Part shown: one piece after another, positions 1 through 8,937 of the stretch
How positions within the stretch are numbered: position 1 is the stretch's first letter
Layout of the letters: each line of letters opens with the position of its first letter
Assembly (NCBI GenBank): GCA_934444645.1
Contig: CAKSCV010000007.1
Span: 1,447-65,446 of the forward strand
Reading direction: 5' to 3'
Length of the DNA: 64,000 nucleotides
DNA from: an uncultured Eubacteriales bacterium
GTDB taxonomy: Bacteria; Bacillota; Clostridia; Oscillospirales; CAG-382
Notes under the pieces: model-generated
Told to the model about the DNA's origin: nothing
The model's input: the letters and a program-made list of their open reading frames with translations, nothing else
The model's database searches: none
Position numbers and translations under genes: made by a program

Positions 1-284
1 GAATCAACGCACTGCAGCCGCAGCTTCGCACCGCAACAATTAAAACCTCTTATAAAGGAAGCTTCGAGGTTTTGCAAACCTCGAAACAGCATACACAAAC
101 AACAAACTCATGCAATCCAATTAAATCCTTCCGCCGCCCCCAGCGGCATCTTTTCGGCGGTCTCCGACGCACAAAAACTTGCCACCGGCAACTTTTTGCA
201 CGTCCGAGCAGCATTCCCGGCGGCTATGCCGCCTTTTTTGCTGTCAAGCAGCAAAAAAAGAGCCGCCGCGGCTGCGGCAGCTCT
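1..284. repeat. Truncated copy C of the non-coding foldback mosaic repeat family (right-hand end only, cut by the window edge)
   Basis: nt 1-128 align with 25100-25226 and with the reverse complement of 18056-18180. They contain a 79-80 bp unit, the hairpin TTCGAGGTT-N5-AACCTCGAA at 63-85, and the terminal module ending CAATCCAATTAAATCC. nt 129-284 is a run of short GC-rich stem-loops like 25227-25421. Confidence 0.8.
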
Positions 285-308
285 TGAACAGATGCTTCAA
301 TTTTCAGA

Positions 309-1778
309 TTAAAGTCCGCCGTAATCGGCATTGAACTCTTCCACCGCTTTTCTTGCGGAGGATTCGCGTGCCGCATAGAACGACGAGAAATCGCGCGTGG
401 TGGTTTTGGAAAGGTCGCGGCCGACCGACTGCAAAGGACCGCCGGCAACGTAGCCGATATCATAAATGATGCTGTCCTTGATGAGATCCATCATTTCTTC
501 GGATTCTTCATCGCGCGCATACTTGGATTTGAGCGACTTTTCGTAGAATGCCGGGATAACGTCTCTGTGACCGTAGGCGGCGAGCGCTTCGGTGATGGCA
601 CCGGTGCGGTTGACATCCGAAACGCTTATCGGAATGACAATGAGCGGAGCCGCGCCGTTGATGGCGGTGGAGTAGTCGTCGTTTTCGTCAAACTTCGGAT
701 ACGGAATGATACCGAAATCGTCGTCCATGTTGCGAAGTCCCTGTGCCGAGCCGAGACCGCCGGAGGTCATCATCGCACGTCCCGATTCAAAAATGCCCGG
801 GCCGGTGTAATTGATATTGCCTTCGGTGAACTGCAAGAAGCAGGCTTCGTTGTTCATCAAGCTGAAGAACTCGTCGAAGATCTCCACCGTTTTGTTGGAA
901 TATAACGTTAACTCCAACGCGCCTTCGTCGTTTTTGTCGTAAATCTTTTGACCGCCGGCATACAGCACATTGATCGGTGCTGCCCATTCGCCGGTGGTAA
1001 AGCCGAACTGATCGTCTTCAGGCTTCATTACGCCGTCACCGTTGAGGTCGGCACTGCCCTTTTTGGCGTAGTAAGCGAATTCATCGAATGTCCAATCGCC
1101 GTCTTTTACCGTTTCGTAGGGATAATCAAAGCCCTTTTCGTCAAAGATACGTTTGTTGAACAGCAAACACATGGCACTCGACAGACCGGACAGCGAAATG
1201 TCGCCGTCGAGAACGTACAGCTTTCCGTTGACGGTGCAGTTGTCGTTGATGTTCTTCGACCACCACGGCATATCCATATGAATGGTGGAAATGTCATGAA
1301 TGTTGTAACCGGCGCCCTGCACGGCATAGGCAAAGGCAGCACGGGAGTGTGCAAAAATAACGTCGTAAGCGTCGTCGCCGGCGAGGATCGAGTTTAATGC
1401 GTCGGTGTCGTAGTTGGAGTGAGAGGATTCGGAAGCGGAAATGGTGATGCCGTACTTTTCTTCGACGTTCTTGTTGCGGCGGTAGATAGCGTCGTCGACG
1501 ATATCCTCTTGGCCTTCCTCGAAATACTGGGAGTTCAAGTTTCCTTTGCGCACGAGAATGCGGTAATTGTAGCCGTCGTAGGTTTCTTTGGACAGCACCG
1601 CGTCATAATCGATATTTTCGGAATCGGAAGATGTACCGGTGTCGCCGGTACCAGTCTGCTCGGTGGGAGCTTTGGGTGTGTCGGAGCCGGAACCGGAAGG
1701 CGTTTCTTTTTTGTCGCACGCGGCGAAAGAAAGAACCAAACCGGCCACGAGCAATGCGGTAAGTACTTTTTTGAGCAT
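309..1778 (-). CDS. ABC transporter extracellular solute-binding lipoprotein (carbohydrate-type)
   Basis: 489-aa ORF with lipoprotein signal MLKKVLTALLVAGLVLSFAAC and an AAGGAGG RBS. Size and composition are typical of sugar SBPs. Confidence 0.75.
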   Translation of the reverse strand: MLKKVLTALLVAGLVLSFAACDKKETPSGSGSDTPKAPTEQTGTGDTGTSSDSENIDYDAVLSKETYDGYNYRILVRKGNLNSQYFEEGQEDIVDDAIYRRNKNVEEKYGITISASESSHSNYDTDALNSILAGDDAYDVIFAHSRAAFAYAVQGAGYNIHDISTIHMDMPWWSKNINDNCTVNGKLYVLDGDISLSGLSSAMCLLFNKRIFDEKGFDYPYETVKDGDWTFDEFAYYAKKGSADLNGDGVMKPEDDQFGFTTGEWAAPINVLYAGGQKIYDKNDEGALELTLYSNKTVEIFDEFFSLMNNEACFLQFTEGNINYTGPGIFESGRAMMTSGGLGSAQGLRNMDDDFGIIPYPKFDENDDYSTAINGAAPLIVIPISVSDVNRTGAITEALAAYGHRDVIPAFYEKSLKSKYARDEESEEMMDLIKDSIIYDIGYVAGGPLQSVGRDLSKTTTRDFSSFYAARESSARKAVEEFNADYGGL

Positions 1779-1932
1779 AATGTGCCTCCTTTTTCAGATA
1801 GCACTATTTTACCATAAAAACGGCTTTCTGTAAAGGTGCATTTTCCACAAAATCGACAGGCCGTTTTACAGCAAAATGCCAAATTGCAAAGACGAACCGC
1901 GAAAACTATGCATTTTTGGCAGATGTTTCCGG

Positions 1933-3594
1933 CTATCGGCAGAGAAGGTATCCTTCGACGGAAAGATTCCGCAGCTTATTGGAAGAACCGTCATAATCAA
2001 AGTTGATGCGAAACGGCACAAAATCGATGTTTTCGGCGATCGGATACGGCGGCAGAGTAAGATCGTCGTAATATCTTTCGCCGTAGGTGTCAAATAACGT
2101 CCCGGAATACGTGTTAAACGCTTGATAGGGAATGCTGTATTCCGTTCCGTCGGAAGCGGTGAAGCGGAGATTCTTGCCCGAGTTGTCTTCGATCCGCAGG
2201 TATATGTGCTTGATAAAGGCATACTCCGCAATGTCCATGCCGTCGTCCAGCATTACACCTTTATAATTACACCAAACGAAGTCGTATTGCGCATCCGGCC
2301 GGTCGAATCCGAAATTGGCTTTCACACCGACACTTGTCAGATAAGAAGGAAGATTATCGGAATAACTGTTCAGATAATCATACGCTTCGGTGATTTTCTG
2401 TTTGGCTTGTTCGGGTAAATCGTCCTTTTGGACGATTTTTCCGTTTTCGAACATACCGTTTTCGCGCAGAACCTGCTTGAGTGCCGCGCTTTGCTGCCAT
2501 AACGGCAGATTCACGACGTTGAGCGGCGTTACCGTAAGAACGATTACCAAAACGGCGGAAAAACCGAGTGCGTGCGAAATGCCGATTTTCCGCACGAACG
2601 AGCCGACCGCTATGGCCAGCGTGATGGCCATGAAAAGAAGCAGCACCATACGCGACAGCGTCAAACCGTAGTAATAGATGCGCACACCGACGGCGATACC
2701 CTGCATAAGCAGTACCGGAAGCATCAATAGTCCGCCGAAGCGGCGGAAAAACCGCGCAAGCGGCTGTGAAGGCGCAAACACGCTGACGGCAAACAGGTTA
2801 AATAGGTACAGCATATCGGCCATGACGGTATAGGAATTGACGCCGCCGTCCGGCAGATGGAGCGAACAGGCGATTTTGATGAGATACAGATACAAAATGC
2901 CGAGTAACAGCAGAAAAATCGGCAATTCCGCATAGGCAAACACGACTTTGTAGGCTTTGCTCGGTGTGCGTTCTTCGGAAGCCGGTTCGCCAAAAACCGG
3001 AATGCCGGATAAGAAGACAAACACGCTTAAATCAAACGCAATGACAAGCAGCGCAAGCGGTATGTTTGAGCCGTAATAGCTGCCGAGCACCAATTCGCAG
3101 AAAGCGGTATAACAGCCGGATGAGCCGAGCCATACGACAAGACCCGTGCCGCAAGCCGTGAAAGCCGCGTGCACCAAAGCGGCTGCCGCGCGCAGGTTTT
3201 CATCGTCTTTTATGAGTAACCGCACGGCGAAAAGCACAGCTGCAGCGGCAAGTCCGCACATGCCGACGGTCACATAGACCTGAATTTTGGCGATAAATAA
3301 CAACCCGAACGACACTGCGATCAAAAGGCTGGTTGCGATATAGGCGGCAAGATATCGTGCGCGGCTGCCATCCGAGATGGCGCTCTTTTCGTGCCACAGC
3401 TCACACGCAAGAAACAAAAATGCGCCGAGGCCTGCCGAAAACAGACTGTATTTCGTAACATTATTTGTTTCTCCGAAAATCATAATAAAGCTGATGACGG
3501 ACGTGAGAAGCACGCACGCGCTTGTACAGGGAAACCGGCGCACGGAATAAGCGGAATTTTTGAAGAAAGCGACTAATTTTTCTCTTGTTTTCAT
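1933..3594 (-). CDS. Polytopic membrane protein, DUF4153-like
   Basis: Long ORF with many hydrophobic helices followed by a soluble C-terminal domain. I prefer the start at MKTREKLV (AAAGGG RBS 9 nt upstream) over the ORF-track start at 3633. Confidence 0.6.
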   Translation of the reverse strand: MKTREKLVAFFKNSAYSVRRFPCTSACVLLTSVISFIMIFGETNNVTKYSLFSAGLGAFLFLACELWHEKSAISDGSRARYLAAYIATSLLIAVSFGLLFIAKIQVYVTVGMCGLAAAAVLFAVRLLIKDDENLRAAAALVHAAFTACGTGLVVWLGSSGCYTAFCELVLGSYYGSNIPLALLVIAFDLSVFVFLSGIPVFGEPASEERTPSKAYKVVFAYAELPIFLLLLGILYLYLIKIACSLHLPDGGVNSYTVMADMLYLFNLFAVSVFAPSQPLARFFRRFGGLLMLPVLLMQGIAVGVRIYYYGLTLSRMVLLLFMAITLAIAVGSFVRKIGISHALGFSAVLVIVLTVTPLNVVNLPLWQQSAALKQVLRENGMFENGKIVQKDDLPEQAKQKITEAYDYLNSYSDNLPSYLTSVGVKANFGFDRPDAQYDFVWCNYKGVMLDDGMDIAEYAFIKHIYLRIEDNSGKNLRFTASDGTEYSIPYQAFNTYSGTLFDTYGERYYDDLTLPPYPIAENIDFVPFRINFDYDGSSNKLRNLSVEGYLLCR

Positions 3595-3822
3595 GGTACA
3601 AACCCTTTCATGAAAATTTGAAACGGATTTCATATTTTCATTATAAAGGAAAATGACAGCCGGGTCAACCGTATTTTGCCGAATTAAGAAAATGTTAAAA
3701 GCTTTTTCTGTATTTTGACAGGTATTTGTGCGTTGCTGCCGTTCACACTAAAAACGGCGTTTCAAAGAACGCAGCCGCACGGAAGCTTCTTTGAAATGCA
3801 TGAAAAGAAAGGAAATCCATGC

Positions 3823-4161
3823 ATGAAAAAGATAAAAATGACAGTTATAATTCTCTTGTGTTTTGCGGCAGCTTTGCTTCTTGCCTCCTGCGGCGGAAAC
3901 AAAAATCCGACCACCGGCACAAACGATAATACCATCGGCACGGGCGCGCGCGGCATGACCGGCAGCACCGGCTCCGGCACAAGCACGGCCGGCAACGGCA
4001 CTGCTACCGATTACGGCAGCGGCACGGGCGGCGCGGTCGGCGGTGCCGTCGATGAAGCCGCACGCGGCGTGGCGGATGCGGCGCGGGATGCGGCGGATGC
4101 AGTCGGCGATGCGATGGATGACACGGCTCGTCCCGGTGCCGGAAACACAACGGGCAAGTAA
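3823..4161 (+). CDS. Small secreted lipoprotein, Gly/Thr/Ala-rich low-complexity
   Basis: MKKIKMTVIILLCFAAALLLASCGG lipobox, with the ATG at 3823 inside the 3715 ORF. Followed by an intrinsic terminator. Confidence 0.6.
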   Translation: MKKIKMTVIILLCFAAALLLASCGGNKNPTTGTNDNTIGTGARGMTGSTGSGTSTAGNGTATDYGSGTGGAVGGAVDEAARGVADAARDAADAVGDAMDDTARPGAGNTTGK

Positions 4162-4195
4162 GCGTTTCGTTTATGTAAGCTTGTGTGAAAAGAAA

Positions 4196-4236
4196 CCCGA
4201 CAGGCGCTTGCGGAGTGCCTGTCGGGCATTTTTTTC
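4196..4236 (+). terminator. Rho-independent terminator
   Basis: CCCGACAGGC / GCCTGTCGGG 10-bp stem followed by a T7 run. Confidence 0.75.
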
Positions 4237-4255
4237 GGCAATCCTTAAGAAACAC

Positions 4256-4284
4256 TTGACAAACTACCGTTCGGAAGCTACAAT
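4256..4284 (+). promoter_or_regulatory. Sigma-70-type promoter for the TetR/GNAT pair
   Basis: TTGACA, 17 nt spacer, TACAAT, located 35 nt upstream of the 4319 ATG. Confidence 0.55.
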
Positions 4285-4318
4285 GCTTTTGATATCACAA
4301 GTGCAGGGAGATTGCCGC

Positions 4319-4939
4319 ATGGAAAAAAACAATACGAAGCAAGCCATTTTGGATACGGCATTGGAGCTGTTTTCGGTGCAGGGTTTTGAAGCAGCGTCCG
4401 TTTCCCAGATTGCCGATGCCGTCGGCATTCGCAAGGCCTCTGTATACAGTCACTTCGGCAGCAAGCAGGAACTGTTGGAGGCATTGCAGGAACAGGTTTT
4501 GGAGAACTATCAAAAGCATTCTGTTTTTGCAAAGGCAGCCTGGGACGACCCTGCCTATACAAGGGATAAACAGGCGATGACGCCGGATGCCGTCATACAG
4601 ATGCTTCAGAACCATGTGTATTATATTCTCCATGATCCGCAGATCTGCCGTGCGCGTAAAATGCTGACCATCGAGCAGTTTCGGAATCCGCAGTTAGCTG
4701 CACTGCAAACCAAGCAGAACTACACGGACGTCATGCACTATTGTACCGGACTGATACGGTTTCTTATGGAGCAGGGAATGTTAATGCGCGGCGATGCCGA
4801 AATCATGGCAGCACAGTTTTGCCTGCCGATTTCTGCCTGGATCGGGCTCTGCGACCGGGCTCCGGAGCGTGAGGCTGAGGTGATGACGCTTATGGAGCGG
4901 CATATCCGGCAGTTTTTCCGCATATATCAAGGACACTGA
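4319..4939 (+). CDS. TetR/AcrR family transcriptional regulator
   Basis: N-terminal HTH ILDTALELFSVQGFEAASVSQIADAVGIRKASVYSHFGSKQELL. Start trimmed to MEKNNTKQ. Confidence 0.85.
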   Translation: MEKNNTKQAILDTALELFSVQGFEAASVSQIADAVGIRKASVYSHFGSKQELLEALQEQVLENYQKHSVFAKAAWDDPAYTRDKQAMTPDAVIQMLQNHVYYILHDPQICRARKMLTIEQFRNPQLAALQTKQNYTDVMHYCTGLIRFLMEQGMLMRGDAEIMAAQFCLPISAWIGLCDRAPEREAEVMTLMERHIRQFFRIYQGH

Positions 4940-5028
4940 CGCGTCCTGCGAGCAAGCCTGGCGCGCGTTTGCTTTTCACAGGGCGGTCCGGAAGGCACAG
5001 ATCAAAAAACAAAGAAGAGGAAAGCCGT

Positions 5029-5802
5029 ATGAATTATCTTCGTATTACCAAAGAGAATATTGACAAGGAACATATTTGCTGCGCGATGAGCGGTAAGCAG
5101 AGTCTTACGAAAAAGGAATGGCTAAAAAAGCGCTTTGACGAGGGACTGGTTTTTTACCGCAGCCAAGAACGCGGCAAATGCTTTATCGAATATATCCCGG
5201 CAGAAAATGCATGGATTCCCTTAAAGGCAGACGGTTGGCTGTACATCAACTGCTTATGGGTCTCCGGCTCCATGAAGGGGCACGGGTATTCGAACGATTT
5301 GCTAAAGGAATGTATCCGCGATGCCAAAGCACAAGGCAAGAAAGGCGTTTGCATTCTGTGTGCCGAGGGACGAAAACGGGAATTTCTTGCCGATCCGAAG
5401 TTTTTGGCTTATAAAGGCTTCCGGACAGCGGATGTTTCCGACTGCGGCATCAACCTGATGTACCTGCCCCTTATACCGGAGGCAGCACCGCCGAAATTTA
5501 AGGAATGCGCCGTACATCCGGCGGTCAGGCAGAGCGGCTTTGTTCTTTATTATACAGACCAATGTCCGTTTACGTACTATTGGGTGCCGAGGGTGGAAGA
5601 GACCGCCAAAAAGCACGGCATTTCGCTCAAGGTCATTCACATTACCGACAAAGAAGCCGCACAGAATGTGCCTGCGCCGGTCACGACCTATGCGTTGTTC
5701 CGGGACGGCCGGTTCTTGACGCAGAGCATTCAGTCGGATAAAAAGTTTCTGACCCTGGCAGGGATCACGGACCGGACGGATACAGCCGGAGAAAACGCAT
5801 AG
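5029..5802 (+). CDS. GNAT N-acetyltransferase with C-terminal YoaP-like domain
   Basis: MNYLRITKENIDKEHICCAM... GNAT core (WVSGSMKGHGYSNDLL) plus the YoaP-like tail YYTDQCPFTYYWVPRVEETAKKHG. Confidence 0.7.
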   Translation: MNYLRITKENIDKEHICCAMSGKQSLTKKEWLKKRFDEGLVFYRSQERGKCFIEYIPAENAWIPLKADGWLYINCLWVSGSMKGHGYSNDLLKECIRDAKAQGKKGVCILCAEGRKREFLADPKFLAYKGFRTADVSDCGINLMYLPLIPEAAPPKFKECAVHPAVRQSGFVLYYTDQCPFTYYWVPRVEETAKKHGISLKVIHITDKEAAQNVPAPVTTYALFRDGRFLTQSIQSDKKFLTLAGITDRTDTAGENA

Positions 5803-5930
5803 CATATTAGAAAGCAATCTGTTTTCGGCAAATCCTGCGTGACGATTCAAGCTGTACGTTCGCGGAAACCGGCGATAGCAGAGATTCCAAAAAATTTACA
5901 AATAAACGGAGAGTTTTTTTGTGCAGCGGC

Positions 5931-5959
5931 TTGAGAAAAAAAGCGTTCTGTGCTATAAT
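5931..5959 (+). promoter_or_regulatory. Sigma-70-type promoter upstream of ychF (extended -10)
   Basis: TTGAGA, 17 nt spacer, TGcTATAAT. Leaves a leader of about 190 nt before the 6155 ATG. Confidence 0.55.
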
Positions 5960-6154
5960 TTATCCGTGTTCGTGCGTCCTTTGCGATTGACAGCACGAAT
6001 CCTTGAAAGCGGGATACAGCCCGAAGGTGCTGCAAAAGGCTGTCGGGTTATGCCGGCGGCGGAGCGGAAATGGTGTAAAAATGGTGTAACAGCCGCGATA
6101 CCGAACGCTGAAGCTCCTTATAAATCAAGGAAAATCGAAGGAGAATGAGTCTAT

Positions 6155-7249
6155 ATGAAATTAGGTATCGTCGGTCTTCCGAATGTCGGAAAGAGCACGT
6201 TATTCAATGCAATCACCAATGCCGGTGCGGAATCAGCCAACTATCCGTTCTGTACCATTGACCCGAACGTCGGCATCGCACCCGTTCCGGACAAGCGTCT
6301 TGACGTGCTTGCCGAAATGTACCATCCGAAAAAATACACACCGGCCGTCATCGAATTTGTCGATATCGCCGGTCTTGTCAAGGGCGCGTCCAAGGGCGAG
6401 GGACTCGGCAACAAGTTTCTGTCCCATATCCGTGAGGTGGATGCGGTCGTACACGTGGTTCGCTGCTTTGATGACGATGATATCATCCATGTCAACGGCG
6501 TTGTCAATCCGGCAGACGACGTGGCTACCATCAATTTGGAGCTGATCTATTCGGATATCGAAATCGTGGAACGCCGCATCGAACGTGCCAAAAAAATCTT
6601 AAAGGGCGATAAATCCGTGCAAAAGGAGATCGACCTTTTGGAAAAGGTGCTTGCGGTTCTCAACGACGGCAAAAAGGCAAACACCCTCGATTATACGCCC
6701 GAGGAACGCGAAATCCTGCGCGATGTGCCGCTTCTTTCCGCAAAGCCGGTCATTTACGTTGCCAATGTCAACGAAGATTCGGTCGGCAGCGACCTTTCCG
6801 GCAACCAATATTATATGGCGCTCAAAGCCATTGCCGATGAGGAAAAATCGGGCATTATCCATATCTGTGCCGGTTTGGAGGCTGAGATCAGCGAGTTAGA
6901 GGGCGAAGAAAAAAAAGCGTTTTTGGCTGAGCTCGGTATTGAGCAGAGCGGTCTTGACAATCTTGTTTCGGCGTGCTATGACCTTCTCGGCCTTATCAGC
7001 TTCTTGACGGCAGGTCCCGAAGAAGTGCGCGCTTGGACCATCACGCGCGGCACCAAAGCACCGCAGGCGGCAGGAAAAATCCACACCGATTTCGAACGCG
7101 GCTTTATCCGTGCCGAGGTCATTTCGTTTGACGATCTGGTTGCATGCGGCTCGACGGCGGTTGCCAAAGAAAAAGGCCTTATGCGTTCCGAAGGCAAGGA
7201 ATATGTCATGCAGGACGGCGACGTGGTTCTGTTCCGCTTTAATGTTTGA
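6155..7249 (+). CDS. ychF: Redox-regulated ribosome-binding ATPase YchF
   Basis: [22 protein letters not shown]-loop, 364 aa, C-terminal TGS/YchF tail [13 protein letters not shown]. Confidence 0.95.
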   Translation: MKLGIVGLPNVGKSTLFNAITNAGAESANYPFCTIDPNVGIAPVPDKRLDVLAEMYHPKKYTPAVIEFVDIAGLVKGASKGEGLGNKFLSHIREVDAVVHVVRCFDDDDIIHVNGVVNPADDVATINLELIYSDIEIVERRIERAKKILKGDKSVQKEIDLLEKVLAVLNDGKKANTLDYTPEEREILRDVPLLSAKPVIYVANVNEDSVGSDLSGNQYYMALKAIADEEKSGIIHICAGLEAEISELEGEEKKAFLAELGIEQSGLDNLVSACYDLLGLISFLTAGPEEVRAWTITRGTKAPQAAGKIHTDFERGFIRAEVISFDDLVACGSTAVAKEKGLMRSEGKEYVMQDGDVVLFRFNV

Positions 7250-7400
7250 GAAACACGGTATTGCTGTTTTACACAAAAAAACGGCGTGTCAACTGTGCAA
7301 CAGTAACAATCTTTGAAATTGCTGTTGAAATTGCGCGGTAAGTGTGCTATACTTATCCATACGATATTATGCGAGAATTTGCTCAAAGGAGAAAACCCTT

Positions 7401-8375
7401 ATGAAAAAGCTTACATTCGGCATTCTTTGCCTTGGTGTGTGCGTGTGCTTAGCGCTGTCCTCCTGCTCAAAGCCCGAGGAAGAAAACACCGATAACCCGA
7501 CCGGCGGCGAACAAAATTCCGATCTTGCCGGAATCGTTTTGCCGAAGGATGAGGACGAAGAAGTCGTTGTATACGAATACGATTGGTCCTCGGACGGTGC
7601 AACGCTCATCGCCTATAACGGCGATTTTGAAGAGGTTAACCTCGAGGAAACGGTCATCCGCATGAAGAAGGAAAAGCAAAAGAAGACCGTTACCGAAGAA
7701 GTGACCGATAAAGACGGCAATGTGACGACCGTCGAAAAGGAAGTCGAAGAAACCGTCGAGGTTCCGGTGGAATATACGCTCATCGGCATTGATGCCGGCG
7801 TCTTTATGAACAATGAGACCGTCAAAAAAATCACCATTCCGAATACGGTGACCACCATCGGCGAAGCGTGCTTCCAAGGCTGCACGGCTCTTGAAGAAGT
7901 GAAGCTGCCGGAGGGACTTACCGAGATCGGCCCGCGTACATTCTATGGCTGCGACGCATTAGTCAGCTTAAACATTCCGGATACGGTGACCACCATCGGT
8001 CAGTTTGCTTTCGGCGAATATTTCAAGCAGACGGAATGGTATAAGAACCTCCAGGGCACGTCGGTCATCGTCGGCGACGGCATTCTGCTCAAATACAACG
8101 GCGGCGCAAACGTTTCTTACGGTGATGAAGTCAAGAAGATTGCCTACTACGCCTTTACCGATTCTGCGGCACAGACCGTCCGTCTTTCGGACGCGACCGA
8201 GGAAATCGATGCGCTTGCATTCTATCGCTCGGGCGCAACGGTGGAGGTTCCCGAAGGCTCGGCACTCTACAATACGCTCCGCTTGAACAACATCAAAGTT
8301 TCTACTTATGGCGGCGGCGCGGCTCATACGGAAGCAACCGATACGGGCGCGGAAGACGTCGCAGCGGAGAAATAA
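7401..8375 (+). CDS. Leucine-rich-repeat (BspA-like) surface lipoprotein
   Basis: Lipobox LALSSCSK and an acidic linker. Repeated IPNTVTTIGEACFQGC / IPDTVTTIGQFAF LRR_5-type units. Confidence 0.75.
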   Translation: MKKLTFGILCLGVCVCLALSSCSKPEEENTDNPTGGEQNSDLAGIVLPKDEDEEVVVYEYDWSSDGATLIAYNGDFEEVNLEETVIRMKKEKQKKTVTEEVTDKDGNVTTVEKEVEETVEVPVEYTLIGIDAGVFMNNETVKKITIPNTVTTIGEACFQGCTALEEVKLPEGLTEIGPRTFYGCDALVSLNIPDTVTTIGQFAFGEYFKQTEWYKNLQGTSVIVGDGILLKYNGGANVSYGDEVKKIAYYAFTDSAAQTVRLSDATEEIDALAFYRSGATVEVPEGSALYNTLRLNNIKVSTYGGGAAHTEATDTGAEDVAAEK

Positions 8376-8411
8376 AGACCGGACACAAAAGCGGGTATAT
8401 AGAAAAGCCAA

Positions 8412-8447
8412 AAGGCAACGCGGAAAAAGCGTTGCCTTATCTTTTTT
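8412..8447 (+). terminator. Rho-independent terminator
   Basis: AAGGCAACGC / GCGTTGCCTT stem followed by ATCTTTTTTG. Confidence 0.75.
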
Positions 8448-8491
8448 GTGCATAAAACCGTCGCAGGATGAACTCATCCTGCGGCGGTTAT

Positions 8492-8929
8492 TTACACCTC
8501 ATTGTTATAATACTTCCGAATCAGCTCGGCAATGCTTTCCGCAACCTTTTTATACCGGAAATCCTCATGCTCCCACAGATAAATGCCGTCCTTCACCGAA
8601 CCATCGTCGGCGAAAAGATACCCGTAATAATCGCCGCAGCCGTTGGCGGCAAAGAGTAAAAGGTGCTTTAGCGGCTCCCAAAGTGCTTTTTCGTCGTCAT
8701 CGGCGTTTTCGAAGCATTGTCGGTTCAGACGCGCGTTTTCCGCAATTTCATCGGCTGACAGCAGAAGCCATCGGTCGCCGTTGGTTTCGCGAAGCAGCGT
8801 TTTCAATTCCTCCGGAAACGGCAGGCCGACGGCTTTTTCGGTTTCCCGTATGGTTTCCTCCGAACACGGCTCCTGCAGCACGGCATAGGTATATTCCTTC
8901 AAATACGGCGTTAACAGCTCCCGGTACAT
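8492..8929 (-). CDS. SMI1/KNR4 (SUKH-1) family protein
   Basis: 145 aa with motif GLPFPEELKTLLRETNGDRWLL and a WEHEDF tail. The AGGAGG RBS overlaps the 3' end of the upstream ABC gene, leaving an 8-nt gap. Confidence 0.75.
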   Translation of the reverse strand: MYRELLTPYLKEYTYAVLQEPCSEETIRETEKAVGLPFPEELKTLLRETNGDRWLLLSADEIAENARLNRQCFENADDDEKALWEPLKHLLLFAANGCGDYYGYLFADDGSVKDGIYLWEHEDFRYKKVAESIAELIRKYYNNEV

Positions 8930-8937
8930 GGTTCCTC

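Noticed and set aside
4043-4318. The N-terminal 92-aa extension of the TetR ORF overlaps the lipoprotein gene.
   Set aside because: The extension spans a terminator and a consensus promoter. The conserved TetR HTH begins right after MEKNNTKQ.
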